Of a DNA stretch of 24,000 nt, positions 1 through 12,141 are shown piece after piece. The DNA comes from Methanobacterium sp. (GTDB lineage Archaea; Methanobacteriota; Methanobacteria; Methanobacteriales; Methanobacteriaceae): NCBI RefSeq assembly GCF_016217785.1, contig NZ_JACRGA010000005.1, positions 1 to 24,000 on the forward strand. Reading direction: 5' to 3'. Position 1 is the first letter of the stretch, and every line of letters begins with the position of its first letter. The notes under the pieces are model-generated. The model saw nothing but the letters and a program-made list of their open reading frames with translations, ran no database searches and was not told the origin of the DNA. A program made the translations under genes and the position numbers.

Positions 1-2637
1 TGCTGATACGAAGTTTAGTCCGAGTGGTAGTGTGTCGGTTATGATTATGTTTGTGGCGTTGTCTGGTCCGTTGTTGTGTGTGGTTATGGTGAAGGTTACG
101 TTGTCACCTACGTTGGCTTGATGGTTAGTGGTGTTGTCGGTCTTGGTCACAGAAATTATTGCAGCAGGATCCACATTCAAAGTGGCACTCCTGTTTACAG
201 CATCCTGTGGATAAGTTGACTGGGTCAGTGTTGCGGTGTTGTTGAAGAATCCAGTGCCATTGACAAGGGCGATGATATCAAGATATACGCCCCCTGTAGC
301 TGTTGTTAAGCTCCCTATACTCCATAATCCAGTTGTGTAGTCGTATGATCCTGCGTTGAGTGTGTGTGACTGGTAAACCAGGCCTGCTGGAAGCAGGTCA
401 GAGACATTCACATCAGTGGCTGTATCCGGACCATTATTCTGCACCGTAACTATGAAATGAATCAGATCACCATAGTTTGGAGTGCTATCAGACACTGACT
501 TAGTGAAATCTAAAACTGCCCGCGGTTCTACATTCTGATTAACGGTTACAATTTGATTATCCACCTTGACAGTGAATGTAGCAGGTCCTGAAGATGTTGG
601 TGAGTAAGTAGTGTTAGCCTGACCATTTGAAGTGTACTGTGTTGGGTCAATGAGTCCCCTGGTGGCTGTAAAGTTAGCTTCAACACCATTAGGGATGTAT
701 CCTCCAACTGGGTTACCAGCACTGTTCTGGGTAAGGTCACCTATGAACTGTACTGGGATACCATTGTAGATATGATCCGGTACAATCAGGCGTAATATCA
801 CCCATGGGTCAGCGTCTACTCCATTGGACACACGTCCAGCAATAGATGGGCTGCTACCTTCAAAGTTGGTACCCCACCAGTTGTTTTCAGCGTTTACACT
901 GATTCCATTGTAATTGGCAATATCAGGTAAGGTGTTATTCAGGATTCGGTTGTAGTTTATCTGGGGTAATGCTATATTGGTTGCTAAGTAAACTGCACCA
1001 CCGGTACCATTTGTTCCAGCAGCACCTGCATTTCCATTAGAACCACCTTCTCCTGACCCTTTTAAACCTGCAGCTCCTCCATTACCTGGAGTTCCAATGA
1101 TGTTGTTGGTCAGGTTGTTACTGGTAACACTTAAGTAGGTTCCACTGTGGTAGATACCAGCTCCAGAGCCGGAATTTCCACCGTTTCCACCGTTTCCACC
1201 GTTACCTGAAGGAACGTATATGTAATGATAAATCCACCAATATCTCCATCTGTCACTACCCTGACCCCCGTTTCCACCAGTTCCACCGTTTCCACTACGG
1301 TTGGATGTTACTGTAGATTCAGTGATGAGTAGATAGTTAGAGTTGAAAATACCTCCACCGTTTCCACCGGCACCTCCTTGGCCACCGTTTCCACCAGTGT
1401 ATGGTACTGTTCCCAGTTCACCGGAATTTCCACCGTTTCCACCTTCTCCACCGTCACCGGCTTCATTGTCGGAGATTTCGGTGCTGTAAATTTCCAGATG
1501 GTTGGTGTTGTAGATTGCTCCACCAGAACCACCAACACCTCCATTATGTCCGGCGTAACCATTACTTAATAATCCATCACTTCCATCAGCTCCACTACCA
1601 CCGTCTCCAGCGATGTTTTCGTTGATTTGGGAGTCAGTTATGATTGCAGTTCCGGTGTTGTAGATTGCTCCACCGTTTCCACCAGTTCCACCGGTACCTC
1701 CAATGATTACTTGGTAACCACCGGCGCCAGCATCACCTGCGAAGTTGTTGTGGATCAGGCAATCGGTTATAGTCATGGTTGCGGTGTTGTAGATTGCTCC
1801 ACCGTTTCCACCGTTTCCACCATCACCTAATATCACACCGTTTCCACCGTTACCGGCAAGGTTGTTGTACAGTTCGCTGTTGATTATATTGAGGGTTCTG
1901 GTACTGTAGATAGCACCACCATCACCTCCTTGGAAACCATTGGAATGAGTGACGGGAACTCCATCAGTACCATCACCAGCGCGGTTGTTGTAGATCTCAC
2001 AGTCGGTTATGGTTGTAGTTCCGGTGTTGTAGATTGCTCCACCGTTTCCACCAATACCTCCATAATCCCAGGCACCACCATCACCGGCCTGGTTATTTCT
2101 CAGGACACAGTCTGTAAGGTAAAGTGTACCTTCATTGTAGATTGCTCCACCATTGTATCCGTCAGGGTGTAGTGTGGTTCCATCAGAGGCATGACCATTT
2201 TCAAAGGTGATGTTGTAGAAGTAGACTGTGTAACCTGATGCAATGTAGATCAATCTATCGTTAGATCCTTGAATTGTTGCGGTTCCACCATTGGCTACAG
2301 TGAAAATGAGATTTTTGGCTATTGTAAAGTCAGTTAGCGTAAATACTCCATTTTCTTCCAGTTCAATGGTATACATCTGTGTACTGGTACCAGTTGCGGC
2401 GTTATTATAGGCCTGCTGGATTGTAGCATAGGAACCTACCAGATTTCCATTGTAATCGTAAAGTTTAGGGTCGGGTAAAGTTGAAGAAGAGTTGTTGGTT
2501 GTGTTGGTTTCATTCAAATCTGTTGTCGTGGTGAGGGATGATCCATCAGGTGATCCATCAGCCGCTGAAACAGCTCCCGCAGCTACCAGTGCAAATACTA
2601 CTGCTACTAAAAGAAGTAAACTTGTTTTTTTGGTTAT
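1..2637 (-). CDS. Secreted adhesin-like cell-surface protein, partial (3' end runs off the window). It has a signal peptide, then PMP/parallel-beta-helix-type GGAIYN repeats with GNGG tracts, then DUF11-type 'NNGPD' repeat domains.
   Basis: My manual translation of the minus strand from 2637 to 1 gave 879 codons with no stop noticed; one segment (1201-1320) was re-checked codon by codon. The N-terminus reads (I)TKKTSLLLLVAVVFALVAAGAVSA|ADG, a Sec-type signal peptide with an AxA cleavage site. At least 6 units follow of the form GGAIYN(T/E)G..(I/L)TDC.I.NN.AGDGG. These are interleaved with GNGGNGGNGG runs. Downstream come two modules resembling the conserved DUF11 repeat domain: G(D)..F.VTVQNNGPDTATDVNVSDLLPAGL and GDNVTFTITTHNNGPDNATNIIITDTLPLGL. 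The GGAGGTG Shine-Dalgarno lies at 2643-2649. The ORF track omits this ORF, presumably because it has no in-window stop and no canonical start. Confidence 0.8.
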   Translation of the reverse strand, partial: MTKKTSLLLLVAVVFALVAAGAVSAADGSPDGSSLTTTTDLNETNTTNNSSSTLPDPKLYDYNGNLVGSYATIQQAYNNAATGTSTQMYTIELEENGVFTLTDFTIAKNLIFTVANGGTATIQGSNDRLIYIASGYTVYFYNITFENGHASDGTTLHPDGYNGGAIYNEGTLYLTDCVLRNNQAGDGGAWDYGGIGGNGGAIYNTGTTTITDCEIYNNRAGDGTDGVPVTHSNGFQGGDGGAIYSTRTLNIINSELYNNLAGNGGNGVILGDGGNGGNGGAIYNTATMTITDCLIHNNFAGDAGAGGYQVIIGGTGGTGGNGGAIYNTGTAIITDSQINENIAGDGGSGADGSDGLLSNGYAGHNGGVGGSGGAIYNTNHLEIYSTEISDNEAGDGGEGGNGGNSGELGTVPYTGGNGGQGGAGGNGGGIFNSNYLLITESTVTSNRSGNGGTGGNGGQGSDRWRYWWIYHYIYVPSGNGGNGGNGGNSGSGAGIYHSGTYLSVTSNNLTNNIIGTPGNGGAAGLKGSGEGGSNGNAGAAGTNGTGGAVYLATNIALPQINYNRILNNTLPDIANYNGISVNAENNWWGTNFEGSSPSIAGRVSNGVDADPWVILRLIVPDHIYNGIPVQFIGDLTQNSAGNPVGGYIPNGVEANFTATRGLIDPTQYTSNGQANTTYSPTSSGPATFTVKVDNQIVTVNQNVEPRAVLDFTKSVSDSTPNYGDLIHFIVTVQNNGPDTATDVNVSDLLPAGLVYQSHTLNAGSYDYTTGLWSIGSLTTATGGVYLDIIALVNGTGFFNNTATLTQSTYPQDAVNRSATLNVDPAAIISVTKTDNTTNHQANVGDNVTFTITTHNNGPDNATNIIITDTLPLGLNFVSA
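990..2160 (-). repeat. Intragenic nucleotide repeats within the adhesin gene, covering the GGAIYN cores and the 9-bp GNG-encoding tandem units.
   Basis: The exact 30-nt plus-strand string ggtgttgtagattgctccaccgtttccacc occurs at about 1654, 1783 and 2023. Shorter copies (ttgtagattgctccacc) occur at about 1507 and 2134. The 9-bp unit tttccaccg is repeated three times in tandem at 1175-1201, and similar gtttccacc runs occur at 1270-1295, 1360-1395 and 1430-1450. Confidence 0.85.
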
Positions 2638-3170
2638 GTTTTCACCTCCTTTAATTTTTTCTACGCTTAAAATTTAATGCGTTTTTTAACATTTGTTTAC
2701 TCTGAACATGCTTGTTTACATTAATCATGCATGTTGTTTGAAAACAATTTATGTCTGAATTGAATCAGAATGTCAACATTGTTTTCTCAGAATAATTTTG
2801 TATTGACAATATTAAAAGTTTTCTAAATTTTTTTAGTGATTACTATCACAATAAATGGTGAGCAATATCACAATATATATTGGGGTCTGTAAAAAAACCA
2901 TTTTTTAGTAGGTTAATATGCTCTTATTTAAGTAAAAAATATAGTTGGCTAAATTAATCTCTAATTTAAGTTTTTTGAGTAATTTACTGGAATTTAAAAA
3001 GATAAAAATGCAATTTTATGAAAAGCAATTTTATGAAAAGATTAAGATAGAGCTAGTTCTAATGATAATGAAAATTAAGCACATCTAGAGGGTGTTCATA
3101 GGTTTTTGAAGAAATTATTTGGTGAAAATAATAAAAGCATTCAAATAAATTCAATCAATAAATTCAATAT

Positions 3171-4091
3171 TCAAATAGAATGAGGATTATAAAAGAGCCT
3201 TCGCAGACCTAAGAACATTAAAAACCTATTTTTTATTTTTATGTCCTGTTTTCTCAATATGAATCTACGAAGAAGATCACCCAAACCACCACCAGTTAAC
3301 ACATCCATCAATAAATCACCGTATCTGGGATTATGGATTTGAAGGTTGCTTTCTAAGAATTTCTTAAGATTTTTTCGTCTTAGGAATGCTATAAGTAATG
3401 CAGTGATTATTAAAAGAGCCAGTACAACTAAAAACACTCCCCCTGTTCCCCAATTATGGGAATTAGCTATGTTACCAGCCAGTAGGGTGTATGTTATTCC
3501 CAGGCCAACACCAAAGGAGTGATTTCCCACTTCCCCCATCATTATCTTTCCCTGATAGTCCAGTGGAGCATATCCCAAACAGGTCACCAGTATAATCAGG
3601 GCAGAAGAGTAAGGATTACCTGTGGCCAGATAAAGGAGAATTGCCATAATCAGACTCATTATAATCGCAGTTGACGATGCTGTTCCTGGCTGCATATCTG
3701 CAATGTTCATGGGCTGGATCATCAATGCAATGAGGATGGATGCTGGGCCAAAATAGAAATATCCAACTACCATAACCATGAGCATCCCTATACCTCGGGA
3801 CAATTGACCGAATTCAAAGGGGAGTCCTTTGATTTTTTTTCTTCCAATTATATCATCTAAAAATGCAAATATCCCTATTAAACCTATTAAATAGTTTCCT
3901 GGAGGTGGGAAAAATAATAATAGAACTAGAAAAGGGGCAATACCCACAGCGCGGGGTGTCCCCCCACGAATGGAAGTGTAAAGGTTTCCTCCTAATCGGG
4001 TGAACAGTTTCTGGAAGATGAAGGTTAAGATAATGGATAGAACAAAAGCAGTTAAGAGCATAATGTCAGAATTCATTCCAGTAATGTTCAT
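3171..4091 (-). CDS. Polytopic membrane protein, probably a divergent polyprenyl-phosphate sugar-1-phosphate transferase of the MraY/WecA/AglH superfamily (GT4).
   Basis: The 306-aa ORF has about 9-10 hydrophobic segments. It has motifs reminiscent of the family, in the expected order: GGTPRAVGI (compare K.GTP.MGG), AFLDDIIGRKK (DD motif), MNIADMQPG (compare N..N..DG.DG) and MMGEVGNHSFG (compare FMGD.GS..G). A GGAG Shine-Dalgarno lies 6 nt upstream of the ATG at 4091. The assignment rests on eye-matching of motifs only. Confidence 0.45.
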   Translation of the reverse strand: MNITGMNSDIMLLTAFVLSIILTFIFQKLFTRLGGNLYTSIRGGTPRAVGIAPFLVLLLFFPPPGNYLIGLIGIFAFLDDIIGRKKIKGLPFEFGQLSRGIGMLMVMVVGYFYFGPASILIALMIQPMNIADMQPGTASSTAIIMSLIMAILLYLATGNPYSSALIILVTCLGYAPLDYQGKIMMGEVGNHSFGVGLGITYTLLAGNIANSHNWGTGGVFLVVLALLIITALLIAFLRRKNLKKFLESNLQIHNPRYGDLLMDVLTGGGLGDLLRRFILRKQDIKIKNRFLMFLGLRRLFYNPHSI

Positions 4092-4147
4092 TTAAATCTC
4101 CATTAAATCTATTCTTCTTCCTCAGATTTGTCAAATGGAATATTACT

Positions 4148-5218
<1,071 letters not shown>

Positions 5219-5422
5219 TTTAGTACCTTTTTTTTGATTTAATATATATCTGAATATTTTTATTTATTTTGAATTAATTTATTTATTTTTTTAAAACTAT
5301 GAGTAAAATAATTTTTATGAAGTTTTTACCCTCATATTTTCCGTATTTTATGTTTAAATCTTTTTCCTACATCCCTTAATTTCTTGTATCTGACTCATAA
5401 GTTTTATTCCCTTAATCATAAC

Positions 5423-5434
5423 TTATATATAAAA
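5423..5434 (+). promoter_or_regulatory. TATA-box-like element (TTATATATAAAA) upstream of the small hypothetical gene.
   Basis: It matches the archaeal TATA consensus. It sits about 25 nt upstream of the GTG codons at 5453/5456, which would imply a leaderless or very short-leader transcript. Confidence 0.4.
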
Positions 5435-5452
5435 GGTATTACATATCATGGG

Positions 5453-5785
5453 GTGGTGATTATAGTGGACAGCCAGCTAGAAAGCAAGATAAAAGAAACC
5501 CTGGAAAATGTTAAACCATGGCAGAGAGTCCCAACGTCTCTTGAAGGAGTGTTTTTGATAAAGGCACCTACAAGAGGTGATCAGGAAAGCATAATGGTTG
5601 AAATAAACCCTTTAGATGAGTTTGGACGCCCCATTAAACGTAGGGGAATATTCATACAGCAAAAAATGCAGCTGGAAAGATTTTTAGAGGTGATGCAGAA
5701 ACCTCGCCTCATGGAATTTTTGGAAACACTGGATTCCATGGCAGGAAGTGCAGGTAAAGAGAAGGTAGGAACACTGGAGATATAA
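5453..5785 (+). CDS. Hypothetical protein of about 106-110 aa; no family recognised.
   Basis: This is the 3' part of track ORF 5384..5785. The first 23 codons of the track ORF (YLTHKFYSLNHNLYIK...) look like translated AT-rich spacer and lie upstream of the TATA box. Plausible starts are GTG at 5453, 5456 or 5465. The body has normal composition (DSQLESKIKETLENVKPWQRV...). Confidence 0.55.
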   Translation: MVIIVDSQLESKIKETLENVKPWQRVPTSLEGVFLIKAPTRGDQESIMVEINPLDEFGRPIKRRGIFIQQKMQLERFLEVMQKPRLMEFLETLDSMAGSAGKEKVGTLEI

Positions 5786-5937
5786 TCATGGATAGAAAAT
5801 CCAAATATTGGATCTTAAAGGATGTTTAATATCTAAGGATGCAGGAGGAGGCTCATTGTAGAATGAAAGATTTACATTAACCATCTGTAAAATGATATGA
5901 AAAATTTAATATCCTTCTCCTCATAATAGATAACTCT

Positions 5938-7242
5938 ATGCAGGTAGCGGTTATAGGCGGGACCCGTGGACTGGGAAACTGGATAGCTAATTTTCTTCAA
6001 AGAAGGGGATGTCAGGTTACCATCACTGGCAGGAATTCAATGATGGGGGAGACCATAGCCAGCAAAATGGGAGTATCATACACATCTGACAATATAAAAG
6101 CGGCATCCCAGGCAAAGGTAGTGATAGTGGCAGTTCCCATTGAAGTTACTCCTAAAACCATAAAAGAAGTAGCCCCGCACCTTCAGAAAGGATCTTTACT
6201 GGTGGATGTGACTTCTGTAAAAGAATTACCCGCAGAAATCATGCAAAACCACGCTCCTGAAGGCGTGGAAGTACTTCCCACCCACCCCATGTTCGGTCCC
6301 AGAATACGATCCCTGGAAGGACAAGTGATAGTCCTCACGCCTCTGGAGAAGGGGAAATGGTACCCTAAGGTGGTGGAGTTTTTAAATTCAGAACAGGCCA
6401 GAATCATGGAGACCAGTCCTGAACTCCATGATCGGATGATGAGTATTGTTCAGGGTTTAACCCATTTTGCCTACATCTGTATTGCCAGTGTCATTGAAAG
6501 GATGCAGGTGGATGTTAAAGAATCACGTAAGTTCGCAAGTCCTATCTACAGTCTAATGCTGGATATGATAGCCAGGATTGTAGCCCAGAATCCTTACCTT
6601 TGTTATTCTATACAGACACAGAACCGTTACATTCACGAGGTTCATGAAACATTCCTGGAAACATTCCATAACCTCAAATCCATGATAGACCAGGAAAATC
6701 AGGATGATTTTGTTAAAGCAATGAGTTCGGCTGCCAAACACCTAAATGATCTGGAAGCATCTCTGGGAAGATCAGACAAGGCCATATCCGCCCTGAATGC
6801 AGAGGTAACTACTCTTAAAAATTCGGTGGGATTGGAAGTGGGTTTGCGTCACATGTATTCTGGCAAGGTTCACCTTGGTATTCTGGAATCTTTATCTCCT
6901 GATTTTGTGATTTTAAATGAGAACAGCAAGGTTGTGAAACTTAAACTTTCCAACATTGAGGTTCTAAGCTTTGAAGAACTTCAGGCATGGAAGATGAGTA
7001 ATCTTCCCCTGAAGATCTTTGATGTCTCTGTTGTTTTACCGGGAAGTTCCAAGCCAGAAATTATATCCCAAGCCATTAGTTCTCTGGAGGGTGTAGTTAC
7101 ATCCGAGGTTAAAGATGTTTACCATGGTAGTCAAATTCCTGAAGATAAAAAGAGCATCACCTTCACTTACCAGGTGATCTCCACCGAGTCAAAGAAAATG
7201 GTGGAGGGATTACTCACTGGTTTTGGCGGTATAATCCGTTAA
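5938..7242 (+). CDS. tyrA: Prephenate dehydrogenase (TyrA) with a C-terminal extension ending in an FDX-ACB-like domain.
   Basis: The N-terminus has a Rossmann motif (VAVIGGTRGLGNWIANFL). PDH core motifs follow (VIVAVPI, DV.SVK, HPMFGP, P...HD..M...Q.L.HF). The protein is about 150 aa longer than a minimal TyrA. There is no Shine-Dalgarno. An AAAATTTAATAT element lies about 30 nt upstream of the ATG, suggesting a near-leaderless mRNA. Confidence 0.85.
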   Translation: MQVAVIGGTRGLGNWIANFLQRRGCQVTITGRNSMMGETIASKMGVSYTSDNIKAASQAKVVIVAVPIEVTPKTIKEVAPHLQKGSLLVDVTSVKELPAEIMQNHAPEGVEVLPTHPMFGPRIRSLEGQVIVLTPLEKGKWYPKVVEFLNSEQARIMETSPELHDRMMSIVQGLTHFAYICIASVIERMQVDVKESRKFASPIYSLMLDMIARIVAQNPYLCYSIQTQNRYIHEVHETFLETFHNLKSMIDQENQDDFVKAMSSAAKHLNDLEASLGRSDKAISALNAEVTTLKNSVGLEVGLRHMYSGKVHLGILESLSPDFVILNENSKVVKLKLSNIEVLSFEELQAWKMSNLPLKIFDVSVVLPGSSKPEIISQAISSLEGVVTSEVKDVYHGSQIPEDKKSITFTYQVISTESKKMVEGLLTGFGGIIR

Positions 7243-7518
7243 AAATTATTTTAATCATTTTTTAGCAGGTAACTCTGGGGATAATGTTTTTTTGTGGGGG
7301 ATTCTATTTATTTTCCAAGTTTAATTGATGATTTTTTTTAATTCATTTTTCCATAAGTAACATATAACCAAAACCTTTATATATTAGAATCTACAATGTT
7401 AAAGTAACATAAGTTAACTAAATACAAAAACGATTTATATTTATTTTTTAAGAGATAAATTATTTTTATTTAAGATATAAAAGAATTTACAGGGGGATTT
7501 ATTATTAAAAGCGAAGAT

Positions 7519-9702
<2,184 letters not shown>

Positions 9703-9728
9703 AACATCTACACAGACTAAGTCAGTAA

Positions 9729-9815
9729 AATCCCCTAAATGGAGGGGATTCCACACCTAAATGGAGGAGATTCCACAAATTCATGGAATCTTTTCCTTTT
9801 TTATTATTTCCTTAT
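9729..9815 (+). terminator. Probable cdc48 terminator: two hairpins followed by oligo-T tracts.
   Basis: Hairpin 1 pairs AATCCCC (9729-9735) with GGGGATT (9744-9750). Hairpin 2 pairs AGATTCCA (9768-9775) with TGGAATCT (9784-9791) around an 8-nt loop. The sequence then runs ttttccttttttattatttccttattttt. Oligo-T tracts are the usual archaeal termination signal. Confidence 0.55.
9734..9777. repeat. Tandem 22-bp direct repeat, two copies with one mismatch, immediately 3' of cdc48.
   Basis: The copies are cctaaatggaggggattccaca (9734-9755) and cctaaatggaggagattccaca (9756-9777). Confidence 0.9.
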
Positions 9816-10043
9816 TTTTCGAACGTAATGGGTTTTCTTCATTTGCATCTACTTGTTTTATTCACTTATTGTTTTTGTTATGTTAATTCCATTTTGTCCT
9901 GTTAATTCCATGTTTTTAAATTAAAAAAGTAAATTATTATCATTAAACAGGGAGACTTATTATATGAGAATAGAGAATTAACATTTATAATCTAAATAAG
10001 TTTTTTTAATATCAATTTGACATGGGATGTAACGGTGATAACA

Positions 10044-11297
<1,254 letters not shown>

Positions 11298-11301
11298 TAA
11301 T

Positions 11302-12108
11302 ATGGAAGTGAGTTTTTTAAAAGAAATTGGTGCTAAAGGAGGAACTTCACGCCTGTTTGCAGGTGGAGTGCACGGTAAGGAAGGTTCAAGCACCATCCAT
11401 GCCATTGAACCAGCTAAAAATATCCAGGTCAATGAGGGGAGGTTGGTTTTGAGTAATTTCCCTCCCAGCCCCTACATGAGTACTCTGGATCCCCTTTACT
11501 ACCTTTCTCTTGCAGGCAGCAAACTTATGGGTTTAATACAGAAGAATAAGCCGGATATTTACTTAGAGCTGCACTGCTACCACAGGGATAGTTATTTAAA
11601 ACTCACGAGAAAAGATAGGAAAGAATTTTTCGGAGTACCGGGTCTGGTGGAACTTGAAAATAGAGTTTTAATTGGTTCTGTTTCTCCCCTTATTCGTTCT
11701 GTATTTTTTGATTTAGATGATTTTCCATTTATCCTGGAAATACCATGCAATCCATCGGAAGAATCATTACAAACATGTCACAAAATCATGGAAATACTTG
11801 CAGGATCCAGTAACCGTCTAGAAATAATGGAGAAACTAAGCCAGGTTTACCCACAACAGGTTGAAACTTTGAATACTTATTTTAAGGATTATTCCCTGAA
11901 CTTCCACCCTGCATTTCAGGAAATTAAACAAAAGGCACTGGAAACAGATTTAAAGAATTATCAGGACCTTGAGAAATTAATAAATTATGTGATCAGGGAA
12001 GGGAATTTTAAGGTTAATCCCAAACAGATCAAGCAATTAGAAGGTGCATTTCTAATTTTTAATGAATATAACTCATTTAAATGCAATAAAAGAACCATGA
12101 ACATTTAA
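11302..12108 (+). CDS. Uncharacterised protein, paralogue A of a tandem pair. It has an HxxE...H...E metal-hydrolase-like signature and a helical C-terminal extension of about 70 aa.
   Basis: The ATG at 11302 lies 4 nt after the double stop (TAATAA) of ahcY. The track ORF 11263..12108 begins inside ahcY. The protein is 268 aa. By hand alignment it shares roughly 45% identity with the next ORF over about 185 aa. Shared motifs are RLF.GGVHG.EG.STI, STLDPLYY, KP..Y.E.HCY...SY.KLT, GVP.L.EL, GS.SP.IR, LE.PCNPS, AGS..R and VYP.QVET. Confidence 0.75.
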   Translation: MEVSFLKEIGAKGGTSRLFAGGVHGKEGSSTIHAIEPAKNIQVNEGRLVLSNFPPSPYMSTLDPLYYLSLAGSKLMGLIQKNKPDIYLELHCYHRDSYLKLTRKDRKEFFGVPGLVELENRVLIGSVSPLIRSVFFDLDDFPFILEIPCNPSEESLQTCHKIMEILAGSSNRLEIMEKLSQVYPQQVETLNTYFKDYSLNFHPAFQEIKQKALETDLKNYQDLEKLINYVIREGNFKVNPKQIKQLEGAFLIFNEYNSFKCNKRTMNI

Positions 12109-12141
12109 AACCTTCTAAATGAACTAATCAGGTGATGATTT

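Noticed and set aside
1204-1270. The idea that the W/Y-rich island in the adhesin results from a frameshift at the G5 run, since the alternative frame reads TDGDIGGFIITYT, which vaguely resembles the repeat.
   Set aside because: I followed the alternative frame and it runs into off-frame VETVE readings and a TAA stop shortly afterwards. Only the annotated frame remains open through the whole gene.
546-1562. Minus-strand track ORFs 546..740 and 1308..1562.
   Set aside because: They are on the same strand as the adhesin CDS but out of frame with it (offsets from 2637 are not multiples of 3). The VETVE-type repeats are an off-frame reading of the GNGG tracts.
1378-2172. Four plus-strand track ORFs (1378..1569, 1401..1625, 1627..1830, 1930..2172) with a recurring VVDCSTVST motif.
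   Set aside because: They are antisense shadows of the repetitive adhesin gene. VVDCST is the reverse-complement reading of the GGAIYN-encoding repeat. They are short and mutually overlapping, they lack Shine-Dalgarno sites, and the minus-strand frame is open across the whole region.
9734-9777. Possibility that the 22-bp tandem repeat is a degenerate CRISPR array.
   Set aside because: There are only two directly abutting copies with no spacers, and no cas genes or leader.
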